NCBI GenBank assembly: GCA_904063045.1
Contig: CAJFCJ010000023.1
Span: 186,001-250,000 of the forward strand
DNA: 64,000 nucleotides
Direction: 5' to 3'
Source of the DNA: Dimorphilus gyrociliatus
Lineage: Eukaryota; Animalia; Annelida
Shown: positions 1-15,100 of the stretch, piece after piece
How the letters are laid out: each line of letters starts with the position of its first letter
Numbering within the stretch: the stretch's first letter is position 1
Notes under the pieces: generated by a model
What the model was told of the DNA's origin: nothing
Databases searched by the model: none
What the model saw: only the letters and a program-made list of their open reading frames with translations
Translations under genes and position numbers: made by a program

Positions 1-3000
1 GCTATCGGCTCTTTTCCTATGTCCGGCTAAATTAAAATAAATACAATTAAGATTTATCATATACATATATACATATATATATATATATAGTATTTATCAT
101 GCCTTCCTTTTAGAATATTATAGTATTATAGATGAATCAAACTCATTTGGTTTATATTTTTTAAAGTAGATATCAAATTTAAAAAAAATAAATATTAACA
201 AAGTTACGGCTCGCATAGCCCTAATTAAATATTTATCAAAATGTTTTTATGCTTAGGTGAGTGAACTTTGACTCGAACAAGTTGACCTTCAAACGTTATT
301 CTAAATGATTCTTATGATAGAAATATCGATTTCACACTTAACATATCCTAAACTACACCTAAGGGCCTGAATGTACACTTTATTTTTAGAAGGAATCTGC
401 ACTAACAGATAATCTAAGACAAAATTGCTTTTGCAGAAGCAAACATCCTGAAATTACAGTAAGAAAATGAAGTCATTTCTAGGCGGGAGAGATCTACATT
501 TAATTTAACCAACATAAAAAGAAATATAATTTGAGCGTATTCGTTCCAAGTTAACATATTAATACAATTAACAACAGTACTAGTTTTAAAATGTTAGCAA
601 AAGTGGTAAAGTAAATAGTGAATTGAATGACTAATTTTTCCTTTCCAATTCATATCTTAGTAGATATTTCAATATTCAAAATAGATGAAATTGATACATT
701 TTTATAAAAGTAATACAAGTTTTAGTGACTATAAATTAGAATTAAATTATTTTTTCAAGCCATCAATTCACTTAATTTGGCACTTCTAGAATAGCCTATA
801 AAATTATGCTAAATATTTTCTACTGAATTTTTAATATACCTTGTTTTGCTTCTTTAGCTTTTTGCCGCAACTCGCTGGCATCCACGCCATGATTATTGTT
901 AATAGTTTTACTCTCAGCCTGATTGTGAACTTGTATAGAATTAGGACGAGTTGCCTCATTCTTTAAAGCAGTGTGAAGATTTTCAAGTTTCTTGTCTCGA
1001 CCTAAAAATTAGTATATATAAAAAAGTATAAATATTTTTAAAGATAAAACCATTTCTTAATGTAAATTATATACATTTCATAAAATTTGGTAAAAACTGA
1101 CCATTAGCAATAGGTTGGTCGGATTTTTCGTCATCGTGCTGATTTTGAACTTTTTTCTTGTTGTTCTTCTTCTTCTTTTTAGAAGCCGACTGCTTTGTTG
1201 TATTCCATTCACCCAAAGCCTCTTTTGCTCCATCTGTTTTATGATCAATAATCGCATTCAACTAAGAGTATAACTTGAAAACAAAATATTCATATGAATT
1301 GCTATTCGACATGAAAAATATAATGAGTGGGCGAATTTCCATAAAACTAGGAAGAACTTTTCGAGTTCTTTACAAAATTGACGAGAGTATATATAATCGA
1401 AAACCTCATTCATTATCCTTAAAAAAAGTATACTAAGTTGGATGAATAAGCCTAAATAATATTTGGATAAAAGGCTTTTTTTTCGATCAGATGCTAAAAC
1501 TTTCAACGTAATGATAACTCTTTATTTAACATAATTTTCTTTAAGAATTTCTCTATTTCGATCGCACGTTAATTCTATCTTAAGCCCCATACAATTACTT
1601 ATTAATATTCAAGCGCCTAAATATAAAAATGGTCACGAATTTATTTCTATGTTTCACTTGCTTTAAATACATATAGAAGGCTTACTATTTTAAAATGTAA
1701 ATTGTACATTCAAGAAATTCAATTACTTTATTAGGTCATCTTACATAATATTGTATTATGTTTTTCTTTAAATTAACTTTGGTATAATGTAATTATGATT
1801 TTAATCGTTGATCAGATAATAAATAGATGGCTTAGTTTATAAGATGAATATCGCATTTAAACATATTTAGAAATTAATAGCTAAATATAGATCATGCCTT
1901 CGAAAAAATGTATGCCTAATTACTTACCTGCTCTAACAGCTTTTATTGTTCTCTCCGGATCATTATTATAATATTCCAGGACCAACATAGTATCGTGGTT
2001 TGAAAGACTAGGGCAACTTTTTCGGACTTGTTGGACCTGTGTAAGTAAAACAAAATCTCAGAATAAATCAAAGTAACGGCTTTATTTTTCTTAAGAATAT
2101 TACCAAGTCCCTCATTTGTTTATCCTTTGAATCTTTAGCTGCCATAACTGCGTTGGTTCTCGTATCGAAGTAAAGCGATTCTGTTATCCAAAATAATATA
2201 AAAGATTTAAAATAAAAATTGATTAAAAAAATATTCAAGAAACGAACAGCTGTTCTATGTGACAGTCCGAGACCGACTGATATGCTATCTCAACTTTTTA
2301 TACAATACAGATACAGTGGACATTATAAGCATTACATAACACCTAGTGCCTAGATTCAAGACTAAATACTATCACGGCGATGTGTTTTTTAAAGGAAAAG
2401 ACGTTTAATTACACTGACTGCCATTTAAACTGCATCTTAATGCAAATGCTAAGGGCTCCTAGCATTTGGCCTCAAATCAAGACTAGCGATATTTGTGAAA
2501 AAATCAGTGTTGAAAAATGTAAAAAATTTAACAAAATATCTCTAACAAAAAAAAGTTTTTACCATTGAAATTTAAACAGTAAGGAAGTCAAAGATACCGG
2601 TATACAGTAATATATAAGTATAAAAAGCTCCATCTTTATAAACTTCGCCAAGTGTATTTAGATATTTTAATACAAACGAAAAGATATTATTTTATTTTAC
2701 GAGCAAACCTGTCGGCTTTATCTTTTGAAACCCATATGATGTTTATCAAAACTTATCTAGAAAAAGGTAGGAATAGAGGTTTTTGAAAGATTATACTCTT
2801 TCGTATAACTAGTGATGATAATTTAGCGAGATCAGACTAGTCTAAGGTCATGTTTCATATAATTGCGTTTTAGGAAATAAAAGAAAAATCAATATGTTTC
2901 AAGTTTTACAATAGGGCTGTAAAATAATTGATTACGCAACTGGGTGCGCCATATCGTTCAACAAGTTACTAAATAATATCCTCCATTTTAAAGAAAACAG

Positions 3001-5388
3001 AATTTTATTACACTATTAGTGATCAAAGAATCGGTGACGTTATAGTATCTTTAAATAGCAATAGAAAATTCAATACCGTCTGCATATTAAAAATAGAGTA
3101 AAATTCAATAAACAGAAGTTCAAACAGACTGTTTAATTATCGATATTCTAAAATAAAGTTACATTACCATCATTAAATTAATTTTGAATTAAAAATATTA
3201 TTCCCAATATGTAAAAAATATATTCTTATTCTAACTACTTAAATAACGAAAATTGTCCTTTTTATCGTTGTTATTCTAATCAATAAAAAAAATTGCCTAA
3301 ACAATCTAAACAGATAGACAATTTTGTTTGAAAACAATCGCAAAATTGTTACACAACCTAGACAACAAGTAATGAAGCATGTTAATGCTGCTATAAAACT
3401 CCTTTTAAACTTGCATTAGTTATTAATAAATACGAGTAATAACTAAAACAAAATGATATCTTGAGAAAAAAGATAATCTTAAGCTTTTCTATCATTTAGC
3501 TTGATATAAAACAGTATATAATAATACAATAAAAATGAATATTAACAAAGTAAAAAACAAGAACGCTTATGGAATTTTAACAGCAGGATATTCTATTCTA
3601 ATATTTTCGATAACTAAAAACACGCCAAGGTATAAAAAAAAGCTTCTCTTAAGGAATAGAGAAAGGGAATATCGTTCAAATGTGTGCTTTGCATGAATGA
3701 CTCATTTTCTCAAAAGATGGATGATTCAAGCAAATAGAAAAACTATTCTTCCTTCAAAATAGACAAGTTTAGGAGGACCGAAAGTTTTACAATTAAAAGT
3801 GAAAACAAGATTTATCCCAAAGGCCATGTGTCAAACACAGCTATGTTTATATCTCAGTTTGTCTTTGTGGACATGTGTTCCTTTTCTCAACGGAACAGGT
3901 CAATTTGCCTTCACGAAATCATTCTGAGGAGTTGATAATATTATTATATTAAAGAAATATAACTATGGTTAAAAAGAACGTATTTGAATATTCACTTGCA
4001 GTTATATTGTTTAGTTAACATTTATCGAAAAGAAACCAAGGCTAATCTGTTAGTCTTTTTTAAACGAAGGACTCAAAGAAAAAGAGTCTTACATAATATA
4101 ATATTTGAAAAGATTGAATAAAATATCGATTTATCTATGCAGTCTCTTCAAACAGTTTAAACAGCAGACAATACATTATATACCAGAAAATTTAAATACT
4201 CTTCCTATAATCATTGTTTATGCATATTTTATAACAATCGAAATATTTTTCTATTAAAAATAGTCTAAGAGTCTTTTTTAAAAAAAAAAAATGTCATTAT
4301 AGGATTTAGAATGGCTCAACGTTCAAGTGATTACTGCTCCATATAGTTACACAACAGATTGCAACAACACTGCTCATGTATAAATATTCGTGTTGAAATA
4401 TTCATCTCCTCTATTTTTAGAAATTATATCGTCTACTTTTCAATAAAAACGAGTGTTATGTGGCAAAATCTTCAAAATTAAGATGTTACTCAGTCCTAAA
4501 ACTAGGAAATAATCATAAAAGAGATAAGAAGTCGTTAATTATAGACAATACGATGTCTTGTTAAATGAAAATGAAAAATTAGAATATCACGAATTGGGAA
4601 TCGCATTACCTAGATTTTCAAAACTGTGACTTTGCACTCTAAAAACTAACCTGACGTAACGACTGTAAAAGATTTTCGAAACAGAAAGCGATAGAGGCTG
4701 CGACAGTTAGTTTGTTTTCCTCTGTTTATGGGTTGCTTAGGATTTTTGGTTGACAAAAATTCTCTCTACTTAGTATAAACAAGCTGTCTGAGTGCAAAAA
4801 ATTTCTATATGTTTTACATCCTCTGACAGAACAGCGGTTGGCTAGTAGAGAAAGACGGGAGGGGAGATTCAGTATCGAAAACTACAGAATTATAACATAA
4901 GAAAGGGGGTCAAATGTCAGCTATGAATAATGTAGTATTAATTAAAAAGCTGAATGCACAAATTATTGAAATTAATTCCATAGCCAGAGAATATTACACA
5001 ATTCAGGAAAAATTTTAACGCTTTCACGGCTTTTTGGGCATAATCAGCTGATATCAATACCGGTTACGTAATCGTTTGATAAAAAATGTCATTTTGTTTT
5101 AAAAATGTAAACAGTTATAAAATATATTAACCGAACTAAATGTTTTCTCCCACCGAACTAATAAATGAATAATGAATTGGTTTGAATAAGGAGAAAAAGA
5201 AGAAACGCCCTTCTATATTATCGCTCAATCGACTATTTTTTTTCAACGACTGTTGCAAAAATATTTTCCTAATTCCTATGAATAACTCATAAAAGCCTAA
5301 AAAATATTTAATTTATTTCGATGAAACTAGAAATAATTAAATAAAAATTAAAAATTTTACCGGAATTAGATGGAGTTCCACGGTTCAT
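1..5388 (-). CDS. SPATS2: SPATS2/SPATS2L-like protein (N-terminal part; continues past the left edge)
   Basis: Exons 2104-2180, 1928-2036 and 1102-1233 have GT-AG boundaries and compatible phases. They read SLYFDTRTNAVMAAKDSKDKQMRDL-VQQVRKSCPSLSNHDTMLVLEYYNNDPERTIKAVRA-DGAKEALGEWNTTKQSASKKKKK, matching the SPATS2 N-terminus as I recall it (KINAVRAIVPNKSNNEIILVLQHFDN...EVLKEWTVTGKKKNKKKK). A further open exon lies at about 840-1010. The first exon 5361-5388 (MNRGTPSNS, phase 1) fits in phase but is tentative. Confidence 0.8.
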
Positions 5389-8300
5389 CCTGTTTTCTGT
5401 CGTTGGAGTTACTTACAGGTCCGCACACGTTTTATTTTTTTTATTAGCGTATAATTTTTCGAAAATTTAAAATTCTTTTCCCAATTAATTAGTATTTTTT
5501 ATAATTTAACCTTTCCAACTTAAATAGTAATTTTTTACTCTGATATTTCATAATATTATAACCATGGTTTGATAAACAAAGATGGCGCTGTCTGACAATT
5601 TGAAAGTAAAACAGAAAAAACTAAATCGGGGGTGGAAGGTAAAACCTTCCTCGAATTATAGAATAGGGAAATGTTATCTTTCATTTAATCATATTCCATT
5701 TGCATAAATAAAAGATAATTAGTTTTTACATTTATTGGAGTTTCTATTCTTTATATCAAAACGTACTGTTTTCGAACGATAAGTTTGTTACCTATAAAGT
5801 TTTAAATAGGTATTTATATTCATTTCACACGTATATTAAATATTATAAGATGTATATGTGATTTCTTTGACCTGTGATTCTATTATCGCCTATATAATAT
5901 TTAATTTGTTGAAGCTCTTTAGTTCAATACATTTATAAACAATAGTAATTTCATCGAACAAAGAATAATATACATATAGACAATAAATTGTAGAATACCT
6001 TTAAAATTGTCCTCTTAGATTGTGTTTTTCTCGTCGAAAGCTATCGTTTGACTAAACATTAAGACTATCGTTAGAGATGAAGATAAGCTAATATCAATAT
6101 TGTTAATCTTGTATCACACAAGATTCTTAGTACAAAGGTACAATTTTCAAGGATATTCAAAAAATTGAATAAATTAGTTAAGATATTTAAGTATAGAGTT
6201 TTTGAAAAAGAACGCACGTGCCTCTCTCATGAATTTTCGTCCTACATTTATAATGACAGCATTAACATAAAAAAAAGATTCGAATAACCTTCGAAGGAAT
6301 ATATATATATCATATTTTCTATGTTAAATTACTGAATAAACGAAATCGTAAGTATACAACTTGATAAACAACCGTTCTTTTTTTTATTTATTCCTTATCG
6401 TTTCAACTCTTTCGTCCAAACGAAAGTAGATTTTTATATATAATATTTACCCTTTTACTCTATATTACTCTATCTTATCAACATTTCTATTATTCAAGTT
6501 TTCGTCTTTTGTTCAATTCTCTTCTGTTTGGATTTAGAAAGAATCTTACTTACTTATAGGCTGATCTGTCTACTTGATGTACACGTCAAAAAACTGAGTT
6601 ATAAAGGCTTGGTCTTTTATATACTTTTTTTTCCTAAATCGATGGATTTCGCCATATGACTAGGGATCAATAATTAGCTGGATCACATACATTTTCGAAT
6701 GGCTGTTTCTTAGTTATAATAGTTGGCCGAATGAATAAATTAAATTTGCTACAAGTATGCTTTATTGTAAGTTGAGCGGCATATCAAAGAGAGAGGGAAA
6801 GGGAAAGTGAGTAAGGACTGGAAGGTGTCGGTCTCTTTATGGAAGAGGAGACTAAAGGATAGGGGATAAGAAACAAATGATAGATATACGAGAACTTGGA
6901 AATGAGAATAAAAACTCCAAGTGTACATACAAATTACGTGCACTCTTTCTTTATCATAATTACGTAACAGGCCGTGTTTGATTGTTATCTTGATCAAGAT
7001 AGTTAATGTGTAAAAAATTCATGAAGATAAATATATAAATGTATGTATATACTGCATATTCTTAAGCAAATACAAGGTACATCCAATAGTTAAAAACATG
7101 TCTTTACGTTAAATATCAAAATAATAGGAAATAATTATCGTATAAGGTTAAAACCGGCTGGGGATGATTACTGGGTCAAAAGATCGAAAGAAAGACATAA
7201 AAAGCTAAAACCATTTTTACTAATCAATATTATGTTAGTGTAATTTAAAGTACAGAGTCTATAAATCAAAAAAGAGAGAATTTCAAGTTCACTATAAATT
7301 TTTACTATGTTTTACAGCTTAAATAGTTTAAATGTTAAAAAATTATGTAATATATATAGTATACTGTATATATATAAATTTATATATAATTATAACTTTG
7401 CTGTTGAAGGCTATTGCAAGTAAATTCAATTTTCTTAAACGTCATAAATATATTTAATTTTAAAAAATAAGATAAATATTTTGTTTGCTTAAAAATGAAA
7501 TATAAAAATCGTTAATCTTTTTTTATTTTCAAGTTTAGTTTATTACTTAAAACAGAGAGAATATAATCATATAAAAAATTTTATCATTACCTTAATATTC
7601 TATAACATTTTAATATAATATGCAATTTGGAAATCGTGTCAGATTGTATACGTAATTTTCTCTTTTCTTCCTCTATTTTTGATTGAGAGAGAGAGAGAGA
7701 CAAATATAATGAAGACTTATTAACTTATTAATATAGAATACAAAAGTATAACTCAATGAACTAACCCAAGAGATATAATATAGTATTTGTCACATTTTAT
7801 CCCTCTGTATCAACAGAATAGGATATTTTGCTTTTTCTTCTTCTTGATCTTTTGTGGTATCTTTCGTTACAAAACTATATTAATCCCTCTTTTTTCTTAT
7901 CCTACTTCTTTCTACTCAGGTACATACAATCTCAACTTTAATGTTTTAATTAAATACATATATAGCAGTTAATTTCGTTGCTATCATGAACACATCATTG
8001 CTTAAGTAAACTATACAGAGTTTTAATAAAGCGTATATTATATTGGCTTATACTACCGTTTGTTGTTTCTTTAATGACCTTAAAGTTACCTTGATAATAA
8101 ATATCAAGAGAAAAATAAATGTGCTAATTGATATTTCGATGTTAATGCTTATGTGGCACAGCTCTTATAGTAGTATATCATATATGCAATAGAATAATAT
8201 CGCAAAGAAAATGCTCGCCAACATTATCAAATAGAGTATCACGTTCCTATTTTGTCAATAAAAAATAATAAAGTTAGTATGTGCTTACATTAATATGCTT

Positions 8301-8483
8301 TTTATGCACCTTACTAATAATTATTGACGTACACCAGACGGCGCTAGAGTATGATAGCTACACTCTTTCCGTTTAAATAATTTACGCTTTCATGAAGCTT
8401 TTCTGAGCTACTTATAATAATAAACAATAATAGTGTAAAACAGCTTTAGGCTCTCTTTACGCAAAGAATTTAAAAAAGGCAAG

Positions 8484-8491
8484 AAAAAAAA
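8484..8491 (-). terminator. RNA polymerase III oligo-T terminator of the tRNA gene
   Basis: Run of T on the minus strand beginning 2 nt after the tRNA discriminator base. Confidence 0.8.
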
Positions 8492-8492
8492 C

Positions 8493-8564
8493 TGGAGAAT
8501 CCGGGGATCGATCCCGGGACCTCTCGCATGCTAAGCGAGCGCTCTACCGCTGAGCTAATTCCCC
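8493..8564 (-). tRNA. tRNA-Ala-AGC: tRNA-Ala (anticodon AGC)
   Basis: Minus strand reads GGGGAATTAGCTCAGCGGTAGAGCGCTCGCTTAGCATGCGAGAGGTCCCGGGATCGATCCCCGGATTCTCCA. It forms a full cloverleaf with anticodon arm CTCGC-TTAGCAT-GCGAG and has no intron and no encoded CCA. Confidence 0.97.
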
Positions 8565-9104
8565 GCGTTGTAATACGGTATCGTTAAAGCCATTAAGACT
8601 CACATAGGTCTAAGAGTTGTAATAATTTAATAAGCCTAGTAAGAAATCTAAACTGCAGTTAGAGTCAGCGAAGAGAAATAAAGGCTAAAAGAGAAAAGAT
8701 TAACAGCATTAAACAAAACGAAGAACTTAAATGTATATAAATGAGTTAAACTGAGAAAAATTGCAATAAAAAGGTGACTTTAAATTATTTTAGATGATTA
8801 ATTAAATTGACAATTAATGAAAAAATAATCTTTAATTATACTAATTATAATTGAAATTTAAATTCTATTACAAATTTATACGTTATATAATTAATCAGGT
8901 CTGTAACAATAAAAAGAGTAACGCCCTTAAAAATGGATACAATAGGATGCTTCATCGTGATATAATAATCATGGATGCCCCATTGAATTGAGTATAAAAG
9001 ATTGCATATATGTAAACAACCAATTAACTACAAAATTTATCATATAAAAAGAAAGCTAACGTTCTCTTATTCACACTCTTAATTTTTTGTTGCGATTGTT
9101 AAAT

Positions 9105-12100
9105 ATGAAATTATCTTTCTTATCATTTTGTATACAAATTACCTTTTCGTATCAATTGTCTTTGCCTAAAAGTTACTTTGGCTGTCCAACAGAAAACGAC
9201 TGGGATATAGTTTCTATTAAAAATTCTAATACTGGAAATTTTCTGCAATTCTGCAGCTTAAAAGAGAATGCTCACTTCTCTCCTCCTGCAAATAACTATT
9301 GTAGTCTTCAGAAAATTTGTCTATCGAGCATTCAGCAAGATAATATTACTATAACTGAATACGAGGTATTCGGAAACATTACTTTTGGAAGTATACATAA
9401 GAAGACCCTTACCTTACATCTATGCTGTCTGACGAATTCACAACCGAAAGTTTCAGAGGAATATATAGTGTTTTCATCATTAATTGTTAGTTGATCTGAT
9501 TAATTTTAATAAATAAAATAGCTATCAAAGTACATTATTAGAGAGAAGACGAACAGTGTGAAGTAATAAATAGATATGAATTTGTAGACGAAGTATCTAT
9601 TCAAGATGTTCTCAATACAAATAGCAACTACAAGATATGCCACTATAAATTTATAGGTAGGATTTTTCCATTTCTTATCTTTAATATACAGTAGTCGTTT
9701 GGGTTTCAATATATATTTTTATCCTTTTACATTAGCAACACCGAAAGAATGCCAATACGCTTTCGACAATGGTCTTAGTTATAGAGGTCTTCAAAATGTC
9801 ACTTTAAAGAGAAAGACAAAATGTAACGCTTGGGAGGGTTCCTCCGCAAATAACTTCTTTCCACAAACAAGCGGTTCAATCGTTGGAACAAATTACTGCA
9901 GGTTGAAAACATACTCCAGAAGACACTAGTTTTAGTTTATTACTAATTTATCATTGTGAAATTAGATTAGTTTATCCTGACTTTCCCGAAGTTTATTGCC
10001 ATCAGGACGTACATCTTTTTCGAATTACCGATCCGGACGGAAGCTATTGGAATGCCGAAATATGCAGTATTCCAAAATGCGGTTTGTTTGTTAAAGCTAT
10101 TAGATACTTTTTAATATGAAGTGCATTGTTGTTGAAAATAGAGGAGTTAAACCTGCCAAACATAGCATTCCATAAAGGAGTTTATGCTTCTCAAGCGGGT
10201 GAAAATTTTATAGTACCGGAAGTATTAGTGGACGGTAAGAAAGGTAAGATATAATATTCGATATTTATAAACTTGTAATATAGTGTATTAAAGCGATATA
10301 ATGAATGAATGCATATTTTAAAAAAAAGAGACATGTCTTCATCTACCCAAATCCATTAAACCGTGGATTCAAATTGATTTTGGTAAAGAGCAGGAAGTTT
10401 TCGCTTTACGACTTGATAAAACATTAAGTAACTTAAAAATTATCTTACCTATTTTCTTATTGACATTTTATATTGATTTATTAACAGTTTCGTCAATAAT
10501 TATGAACAATATAAATATTTATGTTTCTTTGGGACCAAACGATTTTCAAAATGGTCTTGCTTCGATTTGTGTACATAATTTTTCAACTGGTCATTTCCTT
10601 AGATATAGATTAGAATGTGTAAAACCAGTTAAAGGTCGTTATTTAACTCTACAGGTAGAAAATAATCTAAATATGTTGAAAATAGCATGAATATCTAATA
10701 AAAAAAAACTCTTTAAAAGGTTGGTGTAAGTAAGGAAAAAACTCAACCATCTCCTTCCGTCTTAGCTTTTTGTGAAGTTGAAGTACTCGGAAATGGTAAA
10801 AGAAAACAGTTTAAACAATATAAGAAAAACTGATATTTCTATTTTTATAATTGTGCTAGAAACGGGATGTGGTCAGGACTTGGGATTCGCTAGTGGACAA
10901 TTAACCAAAGGACAAATTACAGCATCTTCCGAAAAGGACGATATGAATAGACACTATGGACGTTTAAACCATGAAAAGGCTTGGTGCGCTTTAACAACTG
11001 ATAAAGATGCATTTTTTTCAGTTAATTAATAAAATAGTATTTATAAGAAAATTTAACATAGAATTTAATATAAAATTCTTCAGGTTGATCTTCTCTACGA
11101 AACGAAAATTCAGGGAATAACTGTCCAACCATTAACTCAATTCGGAAAAGTCTTTTATGTGTCTAAATTTCAAATATTTTACAGTAGCAATGATATCAAA
11201 TGGAAATCAATAGATGTATTTGAAAATTATATTAAAGTAATCAATAATAATTCAACTTTTTAACAGTTTTCTCATAACAATTCTCTTTCTTTTCTCTTTT
11301 ATTAAAAAGAATTTTACAGTTAAATTTGATAGGTTACAATCGAAATTTTTCTATTTCAACAGCCCTTTATGGGCTCGTTATGTGAAACTGGTCGTTAAAG
11401 ATTATAATATTGAACCTTGCCTAAAAATTGAGCTTGTTGGTTGTCCAACTACTAGGAATAAAGATATTATTGTTTACTCATTTCCACAAAGCGAATATTC
11501 ACAAAGTAGATTCTTAACACACATCCGTTTTGGTTTTTTTAAATAATTATCTATCTGGTTTTTTGTTTAAATAGTTAATACTACATCTGGAAAGAATTGC
11601 TACTTTCCATTCATTTATAAAGGAATTAAAAGAGATAAATGTATTAGAGAAAAAGATGAAGGACTATGGTGCTCTCTTACTGAAGATTTCGATAGAGATA
11701 GATTAAAGTCTGAATGTTTAAGTTAGTTTATTGATAATTCCATATTTTTGGAGATTATATTGTGTCTTTTTCTTCAGTAAGAACATATGGAGGGAGCGGA
11801 AACGGAGGAATTTGCCAGTTTCCTTTCGATTCCTGGGGTATATTTGAAAATAGGGAATGTATGAACTTTCATAAACTGCACCCTTGGTGCGAGACGAAAG
11901 ATAAGAAATGGGGATATTGTATACCATTTACCATACCAACTCCATCAATGTCTGAAAAAAGTGTTATTACTCCTGAGAAGGCCGTTTGCTCGGATTTAGT
12001 TAAGTATAATAGGATAGAATGTGGCTTTAAGTTGTCCAAAGACGACTGCGAAAAGTTGGATTGTTGTTATTTAGATGATGGAAAATCACCAGCCTGCTTT

Positions 12101-15100
12101 CATAAAAGTTATTATCATATCTATAACATTTTTCTTCCTTTTGCTCGAAATAAGTCAACTGTAATGATCTATTATTTCTAGGGAACGAATGCGGTGGAAA
12201 GATCAATTTCCCAACAAAAATAGCATCTCCAAACTATCCTTTCTATTACGGGGAAAATTTAGAGTGTACATGGCTTGTAGAGGCTCCAATAGGTTCATTT
12301 ATAAATATCAAATTAGAAGCTTTAGACCTTCCTAAGAGCGAGGGCATATATCAAGTAAGTTTAAATATTGAAAACAATTTTACAAGACATCAAAGAATAT
12401 TATCATATAGCAAGAAACATTAACTCTAAGAACGGGAGAATGCCAAGATAAAGTAACTCTTTACGAGGTTACATCCTCTGGAGAGAGGACTTTTATAAGA
12501 AATTTAGTCAACGGAAGTCCAGATATTAAGATGATATCTAGCACAAATAAAATTGAAATAGTCTTTGAATCCTGTCCGCGAAATACCATAACAGAAAATC
12601 AAGGGTTTTTAATTACTGTTTTCTTTCAAGGTAAGAAAGTTTAGAGTTGTTTTAAGTTAACATTCATATAAAAAGTAATTTATATAGGATGCTCTGGATG
12701 CTTTCTTGGTCATGAAGAGTGTTCTTCCACGACTTGTAGAGATTCTTGCGGCGAAATTGCTTCTCTAAACTTTCCTGCAAGTTATCCATATAATGAACAA
12801 TGTAGATGGGAAATTCTAGTCACGCCAGACAATTTTATTGAAATCGAATTCCTTTACTTCGATATTGTTAGTCAAAATCGATTTTGTTTGGAAGATTATA
12901 TATCGGTTACCGATGTTGATATTAGCGGTAATTTAGTTGAAGTAGGAAGATTTTGTAACAGATATCAACCAAGAGGAAGGATTCGTTCAAGTTGGAATAG
13001 GCTAATCATAACTTTTACTACTGATGGAAATGAACAAGGAAACGGATTTCACGCAACGTATACTGAACTATCTTACGACGGTGGATCAAAGAATTTTAAC
13101 GGTTTAATCATTTATTACTTTTTATATAAATCATATATACAGTATATACAGTATATATATACACTATATACTGTATAAAATACTAATTTATCTCATTTAA
13201 ACTTATATATAGAAACTGAAAAATGTGAGAAACCTCACTGGATTATGCACAATGGAATTTGTTACTGGCATGTGGAAAAAAATGATGGTATAACTTGGAG
13301 AGATGCTGATGAAGAATGTCAAGTTGATGGAGGACGTTTAGTTAGATTACTATCCGAAGATCAAGTAAAGTTTATTCATACAAAATTGATAAACGATTGG
13401 GATTCAGATAGTAAAGATGTTCACATTGGTATTTATTTATTAATTCTTATCAGCATCATCTATAGCCCGTGAAATAGAATTGAACTTTTAAAATAAATTT
13501 TATAGGTTTATCTGATATAGACGAAGAAGGGACATTTCGATGGATTGATAACTCATTTCCATATTACACGCAATGGTACTTTTCTCATTTTTAGATAATT
13601 AAGAAATACACTAATTGATATCATTAGGGATACCGATACGACTCCAAATCAGCCAGATGGTGCAGAGACAGAAAATTGCGCTGTAATCAAATTAAAAAGT
13701 CAATTTGCTCTAAACGATTGGCACGATATTGCTTGTTCATCAGATAAGGTTTCAATAGAATATATATTTATTTTATAAGTGGAGGAAATACTATATTTCT
13801 TTTCTTTTCTTTTTTTATATAGGTTCAAAGATTTGTATGCGAAAAGCAAAAAACATTTGTTAGCACAGTTGATACTCAAAATATCTTAAAAACTAGTAAT
13901 CAATGCGATAGAAGTTTATTCCCATGCAGGAATGGTCAATGTATTCCAAAACATTTTAGATGCGATGGAAAGATACAATGCATTGACGGCTATGACGAAG
14001 AAGATTGTCCAACAGGTTAAAAAGTTTCTTTACATTTACTTATATAAATTTAATAAAGAAATCTGTTCTAATAGCTTGCGACGGATTTCGTTGCGATAAT
14101 GGAGAGTGTATATCTTCTTCGTACTTTTGTAATTTTGTTGAAGATTGTATTGATAGATCGGATGAAAGAAATTGCGTTTATCCAGAATGTTCTGAGCATG
14201 AGTTTCAGTGTGCAGATAAAAAATGTATATCGGAAGAAAAAGCTTGTGATCTGATACCAGATTGTTCAGATGGAAGTGATGAAATCCATTGCGGTAATTA
14301 CTTTATAGAGAAAATAATTTAAAACGTGACGGTTGATTTATATTATCAGCTGAAAAGTGCAACAAAACAAAAAATTTCGAATGTTTTTCTTCAAAATGTC
14401 TACCTATGAGAAAATTCTGCGATGGATTTGTTGACTGCCCTGGTCTGGAGAATGAAGATGAAGGTGATCTTTGTCTTCAGCAGCAAGGTCGTACTTGTAG
14501 ATCGTGGCGGTTAAACGGTTATGAAAATAATGGACATTATAAAATTAATCCGGATTTGACAGGTTTTCTTGTCTAATTAGCTAATATTTAATGATGTAAT
14601 AGTCTTTTCTCAACAGTTCCATTCGATGTCGAATGCGATATGGAGTCTAACGATGATGTTGTCGTTAATATTATTCATTTAAATGACGAAAAGCCACACT
14701 TTATCACCGGCTTTGAATCTTTCGCTTCCTTCAAGCTAGAGCTTAGCTACTTGTATGCTTCGAAGATAGAACAAGTAACTCAAGTGGTAGAATTAGCCGA
14801 TTATTGCGAACAGCATATTGAATACCGTTGTAAGGGATCCATCATTTCGGATGGTGGTTTTAGAAGTAGATCTTTAGATAATACTCTTATTAATTGGGTT
14901 ATTGAGGACGATACGAAAGACTGCCAATGTCATTTGGATTATGCTTGCAACGTTTTAAATAGAACAAAATGCTATTGTCAGGAAAATGACGCTACACTAT
15001 ATCTGGTCGATAAGGGATTTTTAAAGAAAAAGGAGTACTTACCGTTGGTTCAAGTTGTATTTGGTGATACGGGTGCATCTGTTGAAGAAGCATACGTTAC

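Noticed and set aside
2380-7972. Short ORFs at 2380, 6749 and 7787 and similar ORFs at 29494-29775, 34397, 40001, 40673, 44580-47543 and 47872-50832
   Set aside because: Low-complexity F/I/L/Y/K-rich translations typical of AT-rich intron or intergenic DNA, with no motifs or consistent splice partners.
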